A stretch of 64,000 nucleotides of DNA from Acidimicrobiia bacterium (GCA_965215185.1 OZ244034.1:1120001-1184000); one strand, 5' to 3'. Shown: positions 1 through 9,964, counted from the first letter of the stretch. The notes: generated by a model from the letters alone, not told the origin. Numbers and translations: made by a program.

Positions 1-813
1 ACGCGCATCGCAGGGAGGAGAGGGGTTCTCCTCCGAAAGAGAACAGAGCAACTGGATTCCGTCAGGTTTGAAATACCACTCCATACCCACGTTGGCCACC
101 AACGGCCACTCTCGGTAATCATCGGATCCCGGCGCCATGAAGACAGTCCGTCGCATCGGGGTGATGCCCACCGGTTGGACACCTGCCAAACTGGCTATCT
201 CATCTCCCCAGGCTCCGGCGGCATTCACCACGACCTGAACCTCCTGCCAGTCATCCGCCGCCCTCACCTTCCATCCTCCGGCGGTTTTTTGCAGGGCGGT
301 GACCGGCGACGAAACCCGGATCTCAGCGCCCCTCCGGCGGGCGCCCCGCACGAAAGCCTGATGGATTGCGGCGACGTCCATATCAGCAGCACCGGGCTCC
401 CACACCGCCCCGGCCAGCTTGTCCCTCCGAAGGGCAGGACAGAGCTCACACGCCTGTTCGGGTTCCAACCATTTCACCGCAGTGCCTGACCTTCCCGCCT
501 CCTCCTCCCATTGTCGCAGGGCTTCTACCTGGTGTTCCTCTCCTACCAACATTCCCCCGCGCTTGGAAAGGAATGGAAAGTCGGATAGTCCCTTTGGAGG
601 GCGGTCGAAGAAACTGCGGCTGGCCATGGTCAGGGGCCGAAGGCCGGACGATCCGTAAGACTCGAAGAGAAGAGCGGCGGAACGTCCGGTGGTGTGATAC
701 GCCAAGGTCGATTCGGCTTCGATCACTACCACGTCGGCTCGCTCCGCAAGATAGTAAGCGGCGGCTACCCCGGCGATCCCCCCTCCCATCACCGCAACCC
801 GCAGGGGTGTCAT
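1..813 (-). CDS. FAD-dependent oxidoreductase (DAO/DadA-like, D-amino acid dehydrogenase family); runs off the window edge
   Basis: Not in the ORF track because there is no stop in the window. Manual translation from ATG 813 gives MTPLRVAVMGGGIAGVAAAYYLAERADVVVIEAESTLAYHTTGRSAA (Rossmann GxGxxG and the TTGRSAA motif), later VVNAAGAWGDEIA. Confidence 0.85.
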   Translation of the reverse strand, partial: MTPLRVAVMGGGIAGVAAAYYLAERADVVVIEAESTLAYHTTGRSAALLFESYGSSGLRPLTMASRSFFDRPPKGLSDFPFLSKRGGMLVGEEHQVEALRQWEEEAGRSGTAVKWLEPEQACELCPALRRDKLAGAVWEPGAADMDVAAIHQAFVRGARRRGAEIRVSSPVTALQKTAGGWKVRAADDWQEVQVVVNAAGAWGDEIASLAGVQPVGITPMRRTVFMAPGSDDYREWPLVANVGMEWYFKPDGIQLLCSLSEENPSPPCDAR

Positions 814-820
814 GGCTTTC

Positions 821-1324
821 CTACAGATACAGTCCGGTGGGAGGCCGGTCATTGGGGTCGGGACGGCCTGCCCTGAGTTGGGCCCGTTGCGCGGCTTGGG
901 CCTGGGCAACCATCTGTTTGGTGACCAGACTAGCCTGAATGCCTTGGAAAAGGCCTTCCAACCATCCGATCAGCTGGGCTTGGGCGATGCGCACCTCAGA
1001 TGAGGTGGGAGGATCGTCCCCCAGCAACGGCTCGAACATGCGGTCGAACTCGCTGAGGAGATGTTCGCTGAGCACATCTCGCAACTCTATTAGGGAACGG
1101 TCATGGATCCTGGAGATGAGATCCCGCCCGGACTCATCGGGAGTTGCCTCCCGCACTTCCTCCAATATCGATCTGGTCATGGTGGCGATCCTGATCAACT
1201 TGGCCGGCTCGGTGACCTGGGTGTCAGATCCGGAAACCAGGCGCCCGTCTCCGTCGGCGGTGACATCTGGGTCACCCGGCACTTCCTCCACCAGATCGGG
1301 CTGCAGGGTTTGATCAGATCGCAT
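821..1324 (-). CDS. bpa: Bacterial proteasome activator Bpa/PafE
   Basis: AKLIRIATMTRSILEEVR and SEVRIAQAQLIGWLEGLFQGIQ motifs; C-terminal GLYL (HbYX) tail. ATG 1324 lies 7 nt after a TAGCCT -10 box; the ORF track starts at 1330. Confidence 0.9.
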   Translation of the reverse strand: MRSDQTLQPDLVEEVPGDPDVTADGDGRLVSGSDTQVTEPAKLIRIATMTRSILEEVREATPDESGRDLISRIHDRSLIELRDVLSEHLLSEFDRMFEPLLGDDPPTSSEVRIAQAQLIGWLEGLFQGIQASLVTKQMVAQAQAAQRAQLRAGRPDPNDRPPTGLYL

Positions 1325-1380
1325 GCCCATCAGGCTACTTCAACAACGCGCACTTTATAAAGCCACCGGATGCTATTGCC

Positions 1381-2073
1381 TTACACTGGGATTTCGGCGC
1401 CGTTGAGAACCCAGGCTTCTTTGGTGAGCAGAAACTCGGCTACCCGGGCAACATCGTCGGGGGTGGGCCAGAGGCTGTGATCGGCATCAGGCATGGCTTC
1501 CCGGGAGGCCGGAGTGTCTATCACCGAAGGAACCAGAACCGAAACGGAGACACCGGTTTTCTGCAGTTCTGCAGCCAGTGTTCGACTCAGCGCCACCACC
1601 CCTGCCTTGGCGATGTTGAACGCCCCCTGGGCAGGAGGAGCGTTGAAGGCGGCCTGGCTGGCAGTCAGCACCACCCGGGCCCACTCGGCACGGCGCAGAT
1701 GGGGCAACGCCGCCCGCACCGCGGTAAAGGTGGAACGCAGATTGGAGTCGAGCATTCTCTCCAGACGCAGATCAGAAGTTTGCTCGATGGTCCTTCCTCC
1801 CGCCCAGCTTCCGGCCAGGCAAGCCAGCCCAGAGATGTCGCCCCACCTGTCACTCAACTCTCCCAAGAATCCTTCCATGGCTCGGGAACTGGTCACATCC
1901 ACTCTCCGCAGCATGATGCGATCATGGTAAGTGCCGAACCTATCCTCAAAGCGGTCGGCCTCGGCAGGTTTGAGGTAGGTGACTCCCAACCGGAGGTCGG
2001 GGTTCTTCAGCAACCTGGTGATGAGAGAGTTGCCCAGCCATCCTGTCCCACCAGTTATGACCACCGTTCTCAT
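1381..2073 (-). CDS. Short-chain dehydrogenase/reductase (atypical FxxxK)
   Basis: VVITGGTGWLG cofactor motif, DVT, PSVIDTP; catalytic motif reads FNIAK. Start at ATG 2073. Confidence 0.85.
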   Translation of the reverse strand: MRTVVITGGTGWLGNSLITRLLKNPDLRLGVTYLKPAEADRFEDRFGTYHDRIMLRRVDVTSSRAMEGFLGELSDRWGDISGLACLAGSWAGGRTIEQTSDLRLERMLDSNLRSTFTAVRAALPHLRRAEWARVVLTASQAAFNAPPAQGAFNIAKAGVVALSRTLAAELQKTGVSVSVLVPSVIDTPASREAMPDADHSLWPTPDDVARVAEFLLTKEAWVLNGAEIPV

Positions 2074-2228
2074 AGGCCTGATTCTGGCAGAGTCGGAAGC
2101 CAAATCGAGATCAATTCCAGGCTTGATGCGCCTCTGATGGTGCATGGATCAAGATCTGAGTAGCTCGGTCACCCCGCGAAAGATGAAAAGAGGCCCTAAT
2201 CAAAGGAACTGCCTAGTCTCGTAAGACG

Positions 2229-3296
2229 ATGGCCACCCTGGGAATCACCGGTCCGCCCAACAGCGGCAAAAGCTCTCTGTTCGCGGCACTCACCGACCGC
2301 CACGAAGGGATCGCCCCCTTTCCGTTCTCGACTACCGCCGCCCGAGTAGGTGTCGTTGCGATGGAGGACCCGGTTTTGGAAGAAGTGGGCAGGCTGGAAG
2401 GATCCAAACGCATCACCTACAGTGCGTTGGAAGCCACCGACACCCCGCCACGGAGCAGATCGGGAGGAGAGCCCGACACAGAAACGATGGGCAGGCTTCG
2501 TCAGTCCGACTGCCTGGTGGTCGTGCTCCGCTCCTTCAATGACCCGGCCGTTCCCGATTCGGAGTCGGGGGTGGACCCGGTTCAGCAGGCGGAGGAGACC
2601 ATGCTCGACCTAGCGATCGCAGATGCGGACATGTTCGAGCGATCTTTGGTGAGGCTCCGCAATCAGGCCACTTCCCGGCCGGAGCGCCGGGCGGTCTATG
2701 AGGTGGTGGCCCGCGCCGCCGCCATCGCCAGGGAGGGCGACATGCTGCGATCGGCGCCGTGGTCGAAAGCCGAGCGGACTGCCTTGGCAGACTTCGCGCC
2801 CCTAACTCTCAAACCGATCATCTGGGTGGTGAACGCCGACGAAGACCTCCACTCGTCCACCGATCACCGATTGCGGGAAGTGGTGCCCGATCGAGATCCG
2901 GTATTGACCCTGACCTTGGCTTTAGAAGCCGAGGCCGCCTCGTTGGACCCCGGGGACCGAAAGGAGATGAGGGAGGCGTTCGGACTGGGGGAGGGGGCAT
3001 CGTCCACCGTGGCCCAGGCTGCCACGTCCGCCCTCGGCCTGTGCACCTTCTACACGGCCGGCCGGCGGGAAACCCGGGCATGGCTCACCCCGCATGGCTC
3101 TAGCGCTCGTCAGGCGGCGGGCAAGATCCATTCCGATATGGAAAGAGGCTTCATCAGAGCTGAGGTGGCGACTGCCCGGACCGTGATCGATGCCGGAGGG
3201 TGGGACGCGGCCCGCGGAAAGGGAATGGTGCGGGTGGAGGGGCGCGATTACACCGTTCAACCCCAAGACCTCATGCACGTTAGGTTTTCGGTATAG
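2229..3296 (+). CDS. ychF: YchF/Obg-like ATPase with C-terminal TGS (DUF933) domain, divergent
   Basis: GPPNSGKS P-loop, PFSTT, LTLKPIIWVVN, AAGKIHSDMERGFIRAEV, EGRDYTVQ..D...RFSV. Confidence 0.8.
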   Translation: MATLGITGPPNSGKSSLFAALTDRHEGIAPFPFSTTAARVGVVAMEDPVLEEVGRLEGSKRITYSALEATDTPPRSRSGGEPDTETMGRLRQSDCLVVVLRSFNDPAVPDSESGVDPVQQAEETMLDLAIADADMFERSLVRLRNQATSRPERRAVYEVVARAAAIAREGDMLRSAPWSKAERTALADFAPLTLKPIIWVVNADEDLHSSTDHRLREVVPDRDPVLTLTLALEAEAASLDPGDRKEMREAFGLGEGASSTVAQAATSALGLCTFYTAGRRETRAWLTPHGSSARQAAGKIHSDMERGFIRAEVATARTVIDAGGWDAARGKGMVRVEGRDYTVQPQDLMHVRFSV

Positions 3297-3339
3297 ATGC
3301 CCTTACCCGCAGGTCGACGAATGTATTGTTATCAACTGA

Positions 3340-5559
3340 GTGCTTCCCGTATTTGCCGCCGCTGAACCGGGGGAATTCACCCTCCTAGATGAGCACCAAC
3401 TGTATATCTTCTTCCTGCAGTTGGTCCTTTTAGTAGGAACCGCGCGGCTATTGGGTGGGATCGCCAACAAACTGCGCCAGCCCCCGGTGGTGGGGCAACT
3501 CGTTGCCGGAGTGGTTATAGGACCAAGTGTCCTGGGTCAGTTCTATCCAGAGACCTTCGATTGGATCTTTTCGGACTCCACCGTGGGATCGGTGATATAC
3601 GGTCTGGCCTGGCTGGCGGTGATCATGGTGCTGGTGGTGATCGGATATGAGACCGACCTGGGAATTATCGCCCGTCTGCGCAATGCAGCCCTCAATGTCT
3701 CCGCCGGCGCCCTGCTGGTTCCTCTGGTGGTGGTGGGATCGGTGGCGCTCTTAACTCCTTCATCTTTCATCGGGACCAGCGGACGGGGCCTGTATGCGGC
3801 CTTCATGGCGCTGGCGCTCTCGGTGGCCGCCTTGCCGGTGGTGGCCAAAATTCTTCAGGACCTGGGCATGCTTCGCCGCAACTTCGGTCAAGTGACCCTG
3901 GCGGTGAGCATGACCATGGATTCGGTGGGGTGGTTGATCCTGGCCGGCCTGGCCGGGATCGCACAGGAAGGTTTCGAGCCTGCCCAGTTGCTCACCTCCC
4001 TGGGAGGGCTGGTGGTGTTCTTGGCGGTGGCGGCCACGCTGGGAAGGTGGTTGCTCAACCAAGCCATGCGTTTGGCTCTGCGGGACGGATCGAATCTCCG
4101 AGCGGCTCTCACGGTGAGTCTGGTGGCAGCGATCGGGGGAGGAGCGGTGACCCACCTCTTGGGACTGGAAGCCATCCTGGGGGCGTTCATCGTGGGGATT
4201 ATCCTCGCCACGCTCCGCTACCAGATGAGCGAGGTCCGGTATGTCCTGGAGGCGATCACCGACTCCTTCTTCGCCCCCATATTCTTCGCCTTCAGCGGGC
4301 TCCGGGTGGATGTAACACTGTTGGCATCTGCCAGTGCCATCATCTGGACGGTGGTTCTCATCGTCCTGGCGGTGGCGGCCAAGATGTTCGGAACCCTGGT
4401 GGGGGCCCGCCGGGCCGGCCTCAGTGTCAGAGAGGGATTGGCCCTCGGGTCCGGCTTGTCCGCCCTTGGCGCCATGGGCATCGTGGTGGCTTTGGTTGGC
4501 TTGAGCCTGGGCGTGGTGAGCCCCACCGGATACACGGTGATTGTGTTAGCCGCCATCGTTACCTCGCTGGTTGCTCCGGCGTTGCTGAAGATGGCCGTCA
4601 AGGGAATGGAGGCCGGAGAGGAAGAAAAGACCCGTCTGGAGTCGGAGGCCATCCGCTCCCAGGCGCAGATTCTGGGATCGCGCCGGATACTCCTTCCTAC
4701 CCGGGGAGGAGCAAACACCGTTTACGCCGCCGCCCAGATAAGCATCCTGTTTCCCGATGCGGAGGTGACAGTGCTGGCAGTCACCGGTGCAAAGGGCAAT
4801 TGGGGGAAGCGTCTCCTGGGCATTCAGACCGAACCCGATCAGGGTCCAGAGGAAACGTTGAAGGCGCTGGGTTCCGAGGGCCATCGCCTGATTAGAAGGA
4901 AGAGACGGGATCCGGCGGACGCGATTTTGAAGGAAGCGGCGCTCGGATATGACTTGGTGGTGCTGGGAGCGACAGAGGGCACCGATGAAAGCGAAGTGTT
5001 CTCCAGCGTGATCGACCGGGTTCTGGCCAAATTGGATCGACCCACCCTGATTTTTCGATATCCCAGCACCGACCCGAACGCCAGCCTCTCGGAATTAGCC
5101 ATTCCCGAAGCGAGGAGAGTGCTGTTGTCGGTGGAATCAAACCGGGCTTCCCGCGCAGCCGAGGAGGTGGCATACTCCTTGGCCTCCCACAATGACGGGC
5201 TGGTGTACGCCTTGCATCTGATCACCGAGAGCGCCGACGGCCCGATCCACTACGACATGATAAGCAGCGCTCAGAACTTCAAGGTCGGTCGGGAAATGGT
5301 GGAGGAATCGGTAGCTTTCGGAGAACGGCTGGGCGCCAGAGTACAAGCCGACGTCCGGCCTGTTGCCCAACCGGAAGGGGAACTGGTAGCCACCGCCAAT
5401 TCCGAGAATTGGGACTTGTTGGTGATGGGCGCCACCAGTCGACCTCTTACCAATCGGCCTTTCTTCGGTTACGGGATGTCCTATGTACTAAAGCACGTGA
5501 CTGTTCCACTGGTGATAGTCGCCATGCCCGATGTTGTCTCCCGTTACACACCCCATTGA
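3340..5559 (+). CDS. Cation:proton antiporter (CPA2/Kef type) fused to two universal-stress-protein domains
   Basis: About 12 TM segments with QPPVVGQLVAGVVIGPSVLG and FFAPIFFAFSGL; C-terminal half has USP motifs DLVVLGAT and DLLVMGAT..FFG. Confidence 0.85.
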   Translation: MLPVFAAAEPGEFTLLDEHQLYIFFLQLVLLVGTARLLGGIANKLRQPPVVGQLVAGVVIGPSVLGQFYPETFDWIFSDSTVGSVIYGLAWLAVIMVLVVIGYETDLGIIARLRNAALNVSAGALLVPLVVVGSVALLTPSSFIGTSGRGLYAAFMALALSVAALPVVAKILQDLGMLRRNFGQVTLAVSMTMDSVGWLILAGLAGIAQEGFEPAQLLTSLGGLVVFLAVAATLGRWLLNQAMRLALRDGSNLRAALTVSLVAAIGGGAVTHLLGLEAILGAFIVGIILATLRYQMSEVRYVLEAITDSFFAPIFFAFSGLRVDVTLLASASAIIWTVVLIVLAVAAKMFGTLVGARRAGLSVREGLALGSGLSALGAMGIVVALVGLSLGVVSPTGYTVIVLAAIVTSLVAPALLKMAVKGMEAGEEEKTRLESEAIRSQAQILGSRRILLPTRGGANTVYAAAQISILFPDAEVTVLAVTGAKGNWGKRLLGIQTEPDQGPEETLKALGSEGHRLIRRKRRDPADAILKEAALGYDLVVLGATEGTDESEVFSSVIDRVLAKLDRPTLIFRYPSTDPNASLSELAIPEARRVLLSVESNRASRAAEEVAYSLASHNDGLVYALHLITESADGPIHYDMISSAQNFKVGREMVEESVAFGERLGARVQADVRPVAQPEGELVATANSENWDLLVMGATSRPLTNRPFFGYGMSYVLKHVTVPLVIVAMPDVVSRYTPH

Positions 5560-5565
5560 TCTACT

Positions 5566-6075
5566 GTGCGTTCGTTACTAGCCGACCTTCTGGGCGGCTG
5601 GGGAGTGCCCAACCCTTTGGTGGTGGCGTTGATATCCGCCCTCCCCGTGCTTGAGTTGCGGGCTGGCATACCTTTGGGAAGACTTGTTTTGGAGATGAGC
5701 CCCCTTTCAACCTGGGCCTGGGGCGTGGCTGGCAATCTGGCGCCCGTGCCTCTGGTCTTTTGGATTCCGGGAGTGTTTGATCGATTTTGCTCTGCTGATC
5801 GTCTCCCCTGGATGCGGCGCTTGATGGACCGGATGTATGCCCGCACCCGTCGCCGCCACACCAACTTGTTTCTTCGCCTGCAGGATCTGGCGTTGGTGGC
5901 GTTGGTGGCGATCCCTCTCCCACTGACCGGAGGTTGGACCGGAGTGCTGGCCGCATATGTTTTCGGTGTTCCTTTCCGACGTGCCATCTGGCTGATAACC
6001 CTGGGAGTGGCCATCGCCGGTGCGCTGGTCCTGCTCCTGGTTGAGGCCGGTTTGCTGGTCTGGGGTTCAGGGTAG
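5566..6075 (+). CDS. Putative small multidrug export protein (COG2426-like)
   Basis: SALPVLELRAGIPLG, GNLAPVP, VAIPLPLTGGWTG family motifs. Confidence 0.85.
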   Translation: MRSLLADLLGGWGVPNPLVVALISALPVLELRAGIPLGRLVLEMSPLSTWAWGVAGNLAPVPLVFWIPGVFDRFCSADRLPWMRRLMDRMYARTRRRHTNLFLRLQDLALVALVAIPLPLTGGWTGVLAAYVFGVPFRRAIWLITLGVAIAGALVLLLVEAGLLVWGSG

Positions 6076-6411
6076 AACACCGGTCGGTATTCATCCTCGG
6101 CAAGTCCGGCGGGTCCGAATCTGTTGAGTAGGCAGATGCAGGTCCCGGGTGGAAGGAAAGGGTAGAGAGGAAGCTCCGGGGAGGAGACTTTCGTCATCAT
6201 CGTGGCTTGAACATCCACGATCGCGCGCCTACTCCATGTAGCCGGCCGGATGGAAACAAGCCTCTTTCTTGGTCTGTCGAGATCTTTCCGGCGCTCTCCC
6301 CGCCACCGATGGGTGGGGCTCTCGACGCTGCCCCAGGTGCGGGCACCCGCGGTGAGTCCTTTTGTTATGATTGGCGCTGGCCGCGATGACATTGGCGGAA
6401 AGGAAGACACA

Positions 6412-7614
6412 TTGTCCTCTATCACATTTGAAAGCGTCGGCAAAGTGTATCCGGGAGGAACCAGGGCAATCACCGACGTGAGCATCGAGGTTGGTGACGG
6501 GGAATTCGTGGTATTGGTCGGCCCGTCCGGATGCGGCAAATCCACCCTGCTGCGGATGGTGGCGGGATTGGAGGAAGTCACCGAGGGAGTCCTTCGGATC
6601 GGCGAGAACGTGGTGAACGACGTATCCCCCAAAGACCGGGACATCGCCATGGTCTTTCAGAATTACGCCCTCTACCCCCACATGAGTGTCTTCGACAATA
6701 TGGCGTTCGGTTTGAAAATGCGGCGCCTGCCGCGCGAGGAAATTCGCCGCAAGGTGGCCGAGGCCGCCGCCATCCTGGAAATCTCCGAGTTGATGGACCG
6801 AAAGCCCAAGTCATTGTCGGGGGGACAGCGGCAGCGGGTGGCGATGGGTCGGGCGATCGTCCGCGAGCCCGCCGCTTTCCTGATGGACGAACCCCTTTCC
6901 AATCTCGACGCCAAGTTGCGGGTGCAGATGCGCTCCGAGTTGGGGCTTCTTCACAACCGGCTGAAGACCACCACCTTATATGTGACTCACGATCAAGTGG
7001 AGGCGATGACTATGGGAGACCGGGTGGCGGTGCTCCGCAAGGCCAGCGAACACCAAACCAACCTCCAGCAGATCGACACGCCTCGGATTCTATACGACTA
7101 CCCCGCCAACCTGTTTGTGGCCGGGTTTATCGGCTCGCCTTCCATGAATTTCGTGTACGGAAAGATCCGCTCTCACGGTGCGGAAACTTCCCTGGCTTTC
7201 GCCGACGAGGAGATACCACTCAACCGTTCAGTGTTCACTCAGCATCCCCACTTGGGTTCCTATGCGGATAGCCAGGTGGTAGTGGGAATCAGGCCCGAAG
7301 CCTTCGAGGTCCACTCTCCGACCTCAGAATCCGACGGCGGGGGGACCATCACCGCCGAAGCCAGCTTGGTGGAGCAACTGGGATCGGAAGCCTATGTCCA
7401 CTTCAGCAAGCCTTCGCCTCCGGTAATTACCCCCGACATCCGGGAACTCTTGGAAGACGAGGGAAGCGACATCTCCTCCCTGGGGGACAGGACAAAATTC
7501 GTGGCCAGGGTCAATCCCGATTTGGCGCCTTCCTCCGGAGATCGGATTCACCTGATCCTCGATGTCTCCAAGCTGCACTTCTTCGACCCCGAGACCGGCG
7601 CTGCCATCAGTTGA
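6412..7614 (+). CDS. Sugar ABC transporter ATP-binding protein (MalK/MsiK/UgpC-like)
   Basis: GPSGCGKST, VFQNYALYPHM, LSGGQRQR, MDEPLSNLDAKLR, C-terminal TOBE-like region. TTG start 6412 follows GGAAAGGAAG. Confidence 0.92.
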   Translation: MSSITFESVGKVYPGGTRAITDVSIEVGDGEFVVLVGPSGCGKSTLLRMVAGLEEVTEGVLRIGENVVNDVSPKDRDIAMVFQNYALYPHMSVFDNMAFGLKMRRLPREEIRRKVAEAAAILEISELMDRKPKSLSGGQRQRVAMGRAIVREPAAFLMDEPLSNLDAKLRVQMRSELGLLHNRLKTTTLYVTHDQVEAMTMGDRVAVLRKASEHQTNLQQIDTPRILYDYPANLFVAGFIGSPSMNFVYGKIRSHGAETSLAFADEEIPLNRSVFTQHPHLGSYADSQVVVGIRPEAFEVHSPTSESDGGGTITAEASLVEQLGSEAYVHFSKPSPPVITPDIRELLEDEGSDISSLGDRTKFVARVNPDLAPSSGDRIHLILDVSKLHFFDPETGAAIS

Positions 7615-7636
7615 GTCTCCCGGTTGGGCCGGCTGG

Positions 7637-8962
7637 CTAATTCTTCAGGAAACCCCATTCCGAGCGAGCGTCGCGAGCCTTTTCCACGTTGACCAGGCTC
7701 AGCAGTACCAATCCCACTACAAAGAAGAACACCAGCGATAACACGGCAGGTCGACTCGAACCGGTCACCTGGCGGAAGGTGGCGAAAATGATCGGCCCCC
7801 AAATGGCGGAGAACTTGGTAAACACCGAGAAGAAGCCGAAGAACTCGGCGGAAGCCTGCTGGGGAATGATCGACCCATACAGGCTGCGGCTTAGCGCCTG
7901 GGTTCCTCCCAACACCATCCCGATAACCATCCCCAGCGCCAACAGAGGATAATTCTGGCCGACCGGCAGGTTGTAAGCGGCAATCAGCACACCTACCCAA
8001 ATCACCAGGGCGAAAGACACCGCACGCTTGGGGCCGATCCAATCGGACAGCCTTCCAAATGCCAGCGCCCCGAAAAAGGCCATGAACTGCACCACCAGCA
8101 GGACCAATGCGATGAAGAAGGTGCTGATCTCCAAAGTTTCCGAAGAGTAGATGGCAGAGATGTTTATAACTGTCTGAACCCCATCGATATAAAAGATGTA
8201 GGCCACAACGAACAACAGCAGATGCTTGTGTCCGGCCAGGTTGCGACAAGTGCTCCAGGTGCGGCCGAAACCAAGCCGCAGATAAGCCAGGTACCGACTC
8301 TCACCATCTCCGATTCCCAGGGGTTCCTGGGCTTCTCCTACCTCCTGCAAGCGCCGGAAGGCAAACCAGGAAAACCCTGCCCACCAAAGCCCCGCGCCGC
8401 CAATGGCCAGCCGAGCAGCCAGAGACTCTTCAATGCCCAGATCTTCCGCATAGAAGATGAACATCAATACCAAGAGCAGGTAGATCCCACCTCCGACGTA
8501 TCCGAAGGCGTATCCCTTGGAACTGACCCGGTCGATGGTGTCGTCGGTGGTGATGACCGGAAGCATCCCGTCGTAAAAGACGTTGGAGGCGGCGAGTCCG
8601 AAATGGGAGGCCAAGAACATCAAGATGGCCAACAGCACACTGCCGGTGGAAACGAAGGCAAAGCAGGTAATGAACAAAGCCCCCCCATAGGCAAACACCT
8701 TCAAGAACATCAGTCGCCGGGCGCTGTAATCGGCGATAGCCCCCAGCACCGGGGTTATCAGAAAGAGCGCCAAGGAGATCAGGCCGACCATATATCCCCA
8801 CAGTGACTCGGCGCTCAACCCCATCCAACCCTCATCGGGTATGAGCACTGACCCAAAATAAGTGGGAAGTATCCCCACTGTGATCACGACATAACCGGAA
8901 TTGGCCCAGTCGTACATGGCCCACCCGAAAATGGTGCGTTGATCGTTACGCATCTGGGTCAA
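7637..8962 (-). CDS. MFS transporter (UMF1/Atg22-like)
   Basis: WAMYDWANS, PVLGAIAD, SSKGYAFGYVGG, QALSRSLY, AEFFGFF motifs; 12 TM. Confidence 0.88.
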   Translation of the reverse strand: MTQMRNDQRTIFGWAMYDWANSGYVVITVGILPTYFGSVLIPDEGWMGLSAESLWGYMVGLISLALFLITPVLGAIADYSARRLMFLKVFAYGGALFITCFAFVSTGSVLLAILMFLASHFGLAASNVFYDGMLPVITTDDTIDRVSSKGYAFGYVGGGIYLLLVLMFIFYAEDLGIEESLAARLAIGGAGLWWAGFSWFAFRRLQEVGEAQEPLGIGDGESRYLAYLRLGFGRTWSTCRNLAGHKHLLLFVVAYIFYIDGVQTVINISAIYSSETLEISTFFIALVLLVVQFMAFFGALAFGRLSDWIGPKRAVSFALVIWVGVLIAAYNLPVGQNYPLLALGMVIGMVLGGTQALSRSLYGSIIPQQASAEFFGFFSVFTKFSAIWGPIIFATFRQVTGSSRPAVLSLVFFFVVGLVLLSLVNVEKARDARSEWGFLKN

Positions 8963-9130
8963 ACATTACCCCTCGAATCCTCAGGGTCCCGGTTCTGGAG
9001 CGGATCGTCCTCAACCTCGCCCAGTCTCTCTGACCGTCTGCTAATCTCGGCTCAGCCCGATGCCTCACCTTGGCACATGGTCATCTTCTATGCCTGTTGC
9101 TTTCCCCCCCTCTCGCTTCTCCACAGCGCC

Positions 9131-9961
9131 ATGGCCTTCTTTCTCGCCGGACTGACCTCTCTCCTTTACGGGCTGTGCGACTTCGCCGGGGGTCTGGCCA
9201 CCCGCCGGGCGCCAGTGCTGGTGGTGACCCTGTGGGCCAATGTGGTGGGGCTGGGCATAGCCATCTTGATTTCCGTGATGCATCATCTGATCATCGGCGA
9301 CTCGGCAACCATCACCGATCTCGTTTGGGGAGCAGTAAGCGGAGTAGCCGGAGTGGCCGGACTGGCCTTGTACTTCCAGGGAATGGCGAAAGGCCAGATG
9401 GCGGTGGTGGCACCCGTCTCCGCGGTCACCCTGGCGGTAGTTCCCCTTTTCTTCGGGATGCTGACGGGAGAACGCTATAGCTTGGTGTCCTGGGTGGGGG
9501 TGGCATTGGCCCTTCCGGCTCTGTGGCTCACTGTCCACCAACGCAATCCCGGACAACGCCCCGGCAAAGCAATCTACGGTGTGGTGTCGGGCCTGACCTT
9601 CTCGTTGTTTTTGATCGGCATCGCTCAAACTTCACCTGAATCCGGGGTGTGGCCCCTGGTCACAGTCCGGATAGGAGGTCTGACCGTGCTGGGAATCCTT
9701 CTGGCGGTGCGGAAGATCCCACCCGTTCTGCCGAGAGAAGCACGCCCCCTGGCACTGTTGGCTGGTGGTGACATCCTGGCAAACCTCACCTATCTCTTGG
9801 CCGTGCGAATCGGGCCGTTCGGACTGGTGGCTGTGGCATCGTCCTTTTACCCGGTGGTGATCGCGGTGATGGCCAGGATGATTGAAAAAGAGAAGATGTC
9901 CCCTGCCCGGGTCTTTGGCCTGACCCTTTCGATGATCTCTCTGGGACTTATCGCCCTTTAA
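9131..9961 (+). CDS. EamA/DMT family transporter, paralogue 1
   Basis: YGLCDFAGGLATRR, GQMAVVAPVSA, SFYPV; about 10 TM; aligns from ATG 9131 with the two following 276-aa paralogues. Confidence 0.88.
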   Translation: MAFFLAGLTSLLYGLCDFAGGLATRRAPVLVVTLWANVVGLGIAILISVMHHLIIGDSATITDLVWGAVSGVAGVAGLALYFQGMAKGQMAVVAPVSAVTLAVVPLFFGMLTGERYSLVSWVGVALALPALWLTVHQRNPGQRPGKAIYGVVSGLTFSLFLIGIAQTSPESGVWPLVTVRIGGLTVLGILLAVRKIPPVLPREARPLALLAGGDILANLTYLLAVRIGPFGLVAVASSFYPVVIAVMARMIEKEKMSPARVFGLTLSMISLGLIAL

Positions 9962-9964
9962 CCC

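Noticed and set aside
6180-6225. Hammerhead ribozyme core (TGATGA..GAAA..GTC on the minus strand)
   Set aside because: It lacks the first C of CUGAUGA and any stem II; kept only as a generic structured RNA candidate.
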